From Candidatus Algichlamydia australiensis (GTDB lineage: Bacteria; Chlamydiota; Chlamydiia; Chlamydiales; JAJFMI01): 64,000 nucleotides of DNA. Position numbers and translations under genes: made by a program. The notes under the pieces are model-generated. The model saw only the letters and a program-made list of their open reading frames with translations. It was not told where the DNA came from and made no database searches. Within the stretch, counting starts at the first letter, position 1; each line of letters starts with the position of its first letter. Location: contig JAXCHI010000002.1 of the NCBI GenBank assembly GCA_033977065.1, positions 256,001 through 320,000 of the forward strand, given 5' to 3'. This document shows, piece by piece, positions 60,369 to 64,000 of this stretch.

Positions 60369-62210
60369 TTAACAAATTTGCGAGCAGAGCACAAGAGAAC
60401 TATGTGCGCATATTTTATATTGATTTAGAGCCTCCTCTTCCGTTTGTAAATCTTGCTTTGTATCAATCAGTCGTAACCATTTTTGCCCTTCAGGTGGCGG
60501 GGGAATTGTCACATCTAAATCTTTGTAGCAAGCATTAAAAGCAAAATAGAGTGAGCTGCCCTTTTCCAAATCTTTGATAGTGAGTGCGAGAAAGCGTCCC
60601 TCTTTTCCCCACTCCATTGAGTGGGGAATTGTGCCGTGCCAGTGTACCTCATCTGTTTGATAAAAAATCGTCTTGCGTAAAGCGGGATAGGTCTTGCGTA
60701 GTGCGATTAGGCTTTTTACAAAACTTGTAAAAGAAGATTCATTCCAAAGGAGGTGTGTGAGCTTATTATCTTGGCACCAGGGATTATTATTACCTTGATG
60801 CGTTTGGCCAAACTCATCACCAGAAACCATCAGAGGAACTCCTAATGAGGAAAAAAGAATCACCATAGCATTTCGCATCTGTCTTTTACGTAGCCGCAGA
60901 ATTTCTGGGTCTTGTGTCTCTCCCTCTTCACCGCAATTCCAACTCTCATTATAGTCAGAGCCATCGCGATTATTCTCTCCATTAGCCCAATTGTGCTTCT
61001 CGTTGTAACAGAAGAGGTCATGTAGAGAAAATCCATCATGTGCCGTTATAAAATTGATAGAACACAGGGGAGTGCCTTGCGCCTCATAGATCTCCTCCGA
61101 GCCGCAAAAGCAGCCTGCAAAAGAGCTAAGTTGACCATCTGTTCCTTTAAGAAAGCGTCGCACCACATCGCGGTAGCGCCCATTCCACTCTGACCAGCGC
61201 GATCCTCCAGGAAAACTTCCCACTTGATAGAGACCTCCTGCATCCCAAGGCTCGGCAAAAAATTTAACCTCTTGTAGTTTAGGATCGTTCTCAATTGCCT
61301 CAATTAGGGGTGGTTTTGCCATTGGATGACCATTTCCATCACGAGTGAGGCAGGAGGCCAGATCAAAGCGAAAACCATCAACTTGAAATTCGTTTGCAAA
61401 GTAGTGCAAGGAGTCTAAAATAAGTTCCTTCGCGGGTCCCTGATTTACATTTAACGTATTCCCGCAGCCCGAAGCGTTATGAAAATTCCCCGCTTCATCG
61501 AAAACATAATAGCTTTTTTGATCGATCTCTAAAAAAGAGTCAGAGTGATTATATACCACATCTAAAATGACCTCGATCCCAGCGCGATGCAGTTCACGAA
61601 CAAGCTCCTTAAACTCTCTTGTAGGATCATCACTTTTTGCATAGCGTGCCATAGGAGAGAAAAAGCTCAAAGGAGCGTACCCCCAAAAATTGTAGAGCTG
61701 GCTCCCATCTAAAGGGCTTTTTGCTTGATAAGCTGTCTCATCAAACTCAAAGATAGGCATAAGTTCTACGGCTGTAATTCCTAAATCTTTTAGGTAAGGA
61801 ATTTTTTCTATAATACCAGCATACGTACCTGGAGCGCTAACACCAGAAGAGGGATCTTGTGTGAAACCTCGAACATGCATCTCGTAAATGATTAATTGAG
61901 ATAAGTGCAGCCGCGGCTTTTCAATACCTTGCCAATCAAACTCTGCAGCCTCCGCAAGTTTTGCCCGTTTAGAGCTTCCTTGACCCCAGATACGGGGCGC
62001 GTCAATTTGTTTTGCATTTGGATCAAGCACTTCAATTTCATCAACGAAAAACGAGTAACTTGTGGCTCCTTCAGGTACCTGAATTTCTGCACTCCAAATA
62101 GCGCCTTCCCTATTAAGAGAAATACGCTCTAAGCTTTGCTGATCGGCATAAAACTGCACATTTACAGATTGAGCGGAATCGGAAAAAAGTGTAAATTTTT
62201 TTACTTTCAT
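60369..62210 (-). CDS. glgX: Glycogen debranching enzyme
   Basis: IYEMHVRGFT, DVVYNH, DGFRFDLA, AEPWD, NFITAHDGF. Confidence 0.96.
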   Translation of the reverse strand: MKVKKFTLFSDSAQSVNVQFYADQQSLERISLNREGAIWSAEIQVPEGATSYSFFVDEIEVLDPNAKQIDAPRIWGQGSSKRAKLAEAAEFDWQGIEKPRLHLSQLIIYEMHVRGFTQDPSSGVSAPGTYAGIIEKIPYLKDLGITAVELMPIFEFDETAYQAKSPLDGSQLYNFWGYAPLSFFSPMARYAKSDDPTREFKELVRELHRAGIEVILDVVYNHSDSFLEIDQKSYYVFDEAGNFHNASGCGNTLNVNQGPAKELILDSLHYFANEFQVDGFRFDLASCLTRDGNGHPMAKPPLIEAIENDPKLQEVKFFAEPWDAGGLYQVGSFPGGSRWSEWNGRYRDVVRRFLKGTDGQLSSFAGCFCGSEEIYEAQGTPLCSINFITAHDGFSLHDLFCYNEKHNWANGENNRDGSDYNESWNCGEEGETQDPEILRLRKRQMRNAMVILFSSLGVPLMVSGDEFGQTHQGNNNPWCQDNKLTHLLWNESSFTSFVKSLIALRKTYPALRKTIFYQTDEVHWHGTIPHSMEWGKEGRFLALTIKDLEKGSSLYFAFNACYKDLDVTIPPPPEGQKWLRLIDTKQDLQTEEEALNQYKICAHSSLVLCSQIC

Positions 62211-62217
62211 TCTTTTT

Positions 62218-62245
62218 ATAGGGGAAACTGGGTAGCAACTTGAGT
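62218..62245. mobile_element. Family C right-end remnant
   Basis: ATAGGGGAAACTGGGTAGCAACTTGAGT matches right ends at 40168-40195 and 50567-50594. Confidence 0.65.
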
Positions 62246-62290
62246 TAAAATAAATTTATAACAAATTTTGCAAAGGTTTGCAAAAATCCC

Positions 62291-62457
62291 TTAGATAGTG
62301 TCGTCAAAAGGCTATAATCAGATTATTTTTCATGTTTGCAGCTTATTTTTGTGCGGAAATTGAAGCTGAATTTGTAAATTCCGCTTCATTTGAGCACAAA
62401 AATGGAGCCCAAACATGAAAAATAAGATGGTTGTATGCTTTTGACGACGCTATCTAA
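62291..62457. mobile_element. 167-bp palindromic MITE, family D
   Basis: TTAGATAG(T/C)GTCGTCAAAAG inverted ends; self-complementarity extends ~60 bp per arm. Confidence 0.85.
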
Positions 62458-62485
62458 AATAATCCAAAAAAGGTCTCTCTAGAGA

Positions 62486-62648
62486 GGGAAGGACCGAACA
62501 ACTCAGACTTCTCGAGAAGGACTTGAAAATTGGCCAAACTTAATTTTTCTAAATCGCTAACTATTAAGGTGTTAAATTTTTTTTCCAAGGTTAATTTTGT
62601 CAAAATTTTGAGGTCCTTCTTGAGAAGGAGCAGTTATTCAGTCCTCCC
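62486..62648. mobile_element. Palindromic MITE, family B (second, diverged copy)
   Basis: GGACCGAACAACT...AGTTATTCAGTCC ends; aligns with 33365-33525 (TCAGACTT, AATTTTGTC, TTATTCAGT). Confidence 0.72.
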
Positions 62649-62717
62649 TTAACTCATTTAAGTTGCAAAATTTAAAGATTCCTGTAACAATGGACGTACA
62701 AACTACAAGGAGAATTT

Positions 62718-63257
62718 ATGTCCTACGAAAATGCTAAGCAGAATCTACAAGAATTTGGAAAGGAGCTGAGCTTAGAGCTTGCTTTTGATGAAAACCACAC
62801 CTGTATTCTTGGCATTGATAATGCTTTTTCTCTACACCTTACCTATGAGCCCAATTCGGATCGTCTCTATCTCTATTCACCCGTACTAGATGGATTACCA
62901 AAAGATGATGCAACAAAACTCAAACTTTATGAAGGACTTCTTGAAGGTTCTATGCTTGGTGGCCAGATGGCTGGCGGAGGAGTTGGAGTCGCAGTTCGCG
63001 AAGAACTTATTCTGATGCATTGCGTGCTCGAAATGGGAGCAGGAACAGAATCTTCTGCTCTTCGCCGTTTTGCTCCTCTCTTTGTTGAAGCTGTTGAGAA
63101 GTGGCGTGAGAAAGCAAAAGCTGTCATGGAAGGGCGTGAGCTACCAAAAGATGACCGCATGATCCCACCGGTAGGCGGCATGGGCGGCGGGAAACAGGGC
63201 GATCAAAACCAAGATCATCCGAAGCCAGGTGGTGACGACCGCTTCATCAAAATTTAG
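62718..63257 (+). CDS. slc1: Type III secretion chaperone Slc1 (CT043, CesT-like)
   Basis: FSLHLTYE..SDRLY.Y.P.LDGLP, LLEGSMLGGQMAGGGVGVA; next to glgX as in Chlamydia. Confidence 0.9.
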   Translation: MSYENAKQNLQEFGKELSLELAFDENHTCILGIDNAFSLHLTYEPNSDRLYLYSPVLDGLPKDDATKLKLYEGLLEGSMLGGQMAGGGVGVAVREELILMHCVLEMGAGTESSALRRFAPLFVEAVEKWREKAKAVMEGRELPKDDRMIPPVGGMGGGKQGDQNQDHPKPGGDDRFIKI

Positions 63258-63272
63258 ACATGTAAGTGCTGA

Positions 63273-64000
63273 TTAGTGCTTACATAACCTTCTTTCAATA
63301 TCGCAAAGATAGGTATGTATTTCGCGGCCCTCTTTTTGGAGGGCCTCTTCTATTATTTTAACAGAGCTCATTACCGTAGAGTGATCTTTTGAAAACGTAT
63401 GACCGATCTTTGTGTATGGCATCTTCAATTTTTCACGGCACAGATACATTGCCACCTGACGTGGTAGCACAAATTCGCGACACTGCGATTTGCCTAAGAT
63501 ATCTTCATGCTTAATCCCAAAAACCTCTGCCACAATGTGCGCTAAACTCTCAGAAGTCAACGCTGAGCTCATCTCTTTTTTACAGAGATCCTGCAAGTAC
63601 TCTTTGGCTCTCGCCAAACAGATGCGCTCCTTCTTTCCTAAGTGTGAGCGCAGTACAAGCGCATTTAACGCCTCAATCAACGCCGTAGTAGTAGAAAATT
63701 CATGAACCAAATAATCCAAGACCTCGCCTGTAAGAGGAAAACAGAGCTCTTCAGAGCGTTTCTTCACAATCTCGCGGCAGAGCCGTCCTGTCGGCTTATC
63801 AAGCGTCAGGGTTAGCCCCCATTCAAACCGGCTCACTAGGCGCTCTTCTATTTCACTCAGCAAGCCCTGCGGCATATTGGCAGAGAGTACAATTTGCTTG
63901 CCCGCCGTATGCAATAAATTGAACGTATGAAAAAACTCCTCTTGCGTCGCTTTTCTCCGCGCAAGCTCTCCCACATCATCAAAAAGCCAGACATCAATCT
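63273..64000 (-). CDS. dnaA: DnaA replication initiator, probably the second chlamydial paralog (5'-truncated by window)
   Basis: TQEEFFHTFN, RLVSRFEWGL, PRQVAMYL, KDHSTV. Confidence 0.92.
   Translation of the reverse strand, partial: IDVWLFDDVGELARRKATQEEFFHTFNLLHTAGKQIVLSANMPQGLLSEIEERLVSRFEWGLTLTLDKPTGRLCREIVKKRSEELCFPLTGEVLDYLVHEFSTTTALIEALNALVLRSHLGKKERICLARAKEYLQDLCKKEMSSALTSESLAHIVAEVFGIKHEDILGKSQCREFVLPRQVAMYLCREKLKMPYTKIGHTFSKDHSTVMSSVKIIEEALQKEGREIHTYLCDIERRLCKH

Overview
Chromosomal window of an environmental Chlamydiota bacterium, inferred from gene order matching Chlamydia (rpoB-rpoC-tal-CT311-like-V-ATPase operon, valS-pknD, ruvB-dcd, CBS pair-nifS-PP2C, glgX-slc1, dnaA). Accessory genes in this backbone include orphan effector-like genes, a HipBA-type toxin-antitoxin pair, an AAA-ATPase/PD-(D/E)XK gene, and a GT4 glycosyltransferase next to a 2879-aa repeat autotransporter. 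The main non-coding signal is at least five families of non-autonomous palindromic miniature elements with terminal inverted repeats and target duplications. They insert at stop codons, nest, and recombine into chimeras. A ~145-nt structured motif also occurs twice (6045-6190, 58591-58733) with compensatory base changes. No rRNA, tRNA, CRISPR array or transposase was recognised. All calls are by eye, without database searches.
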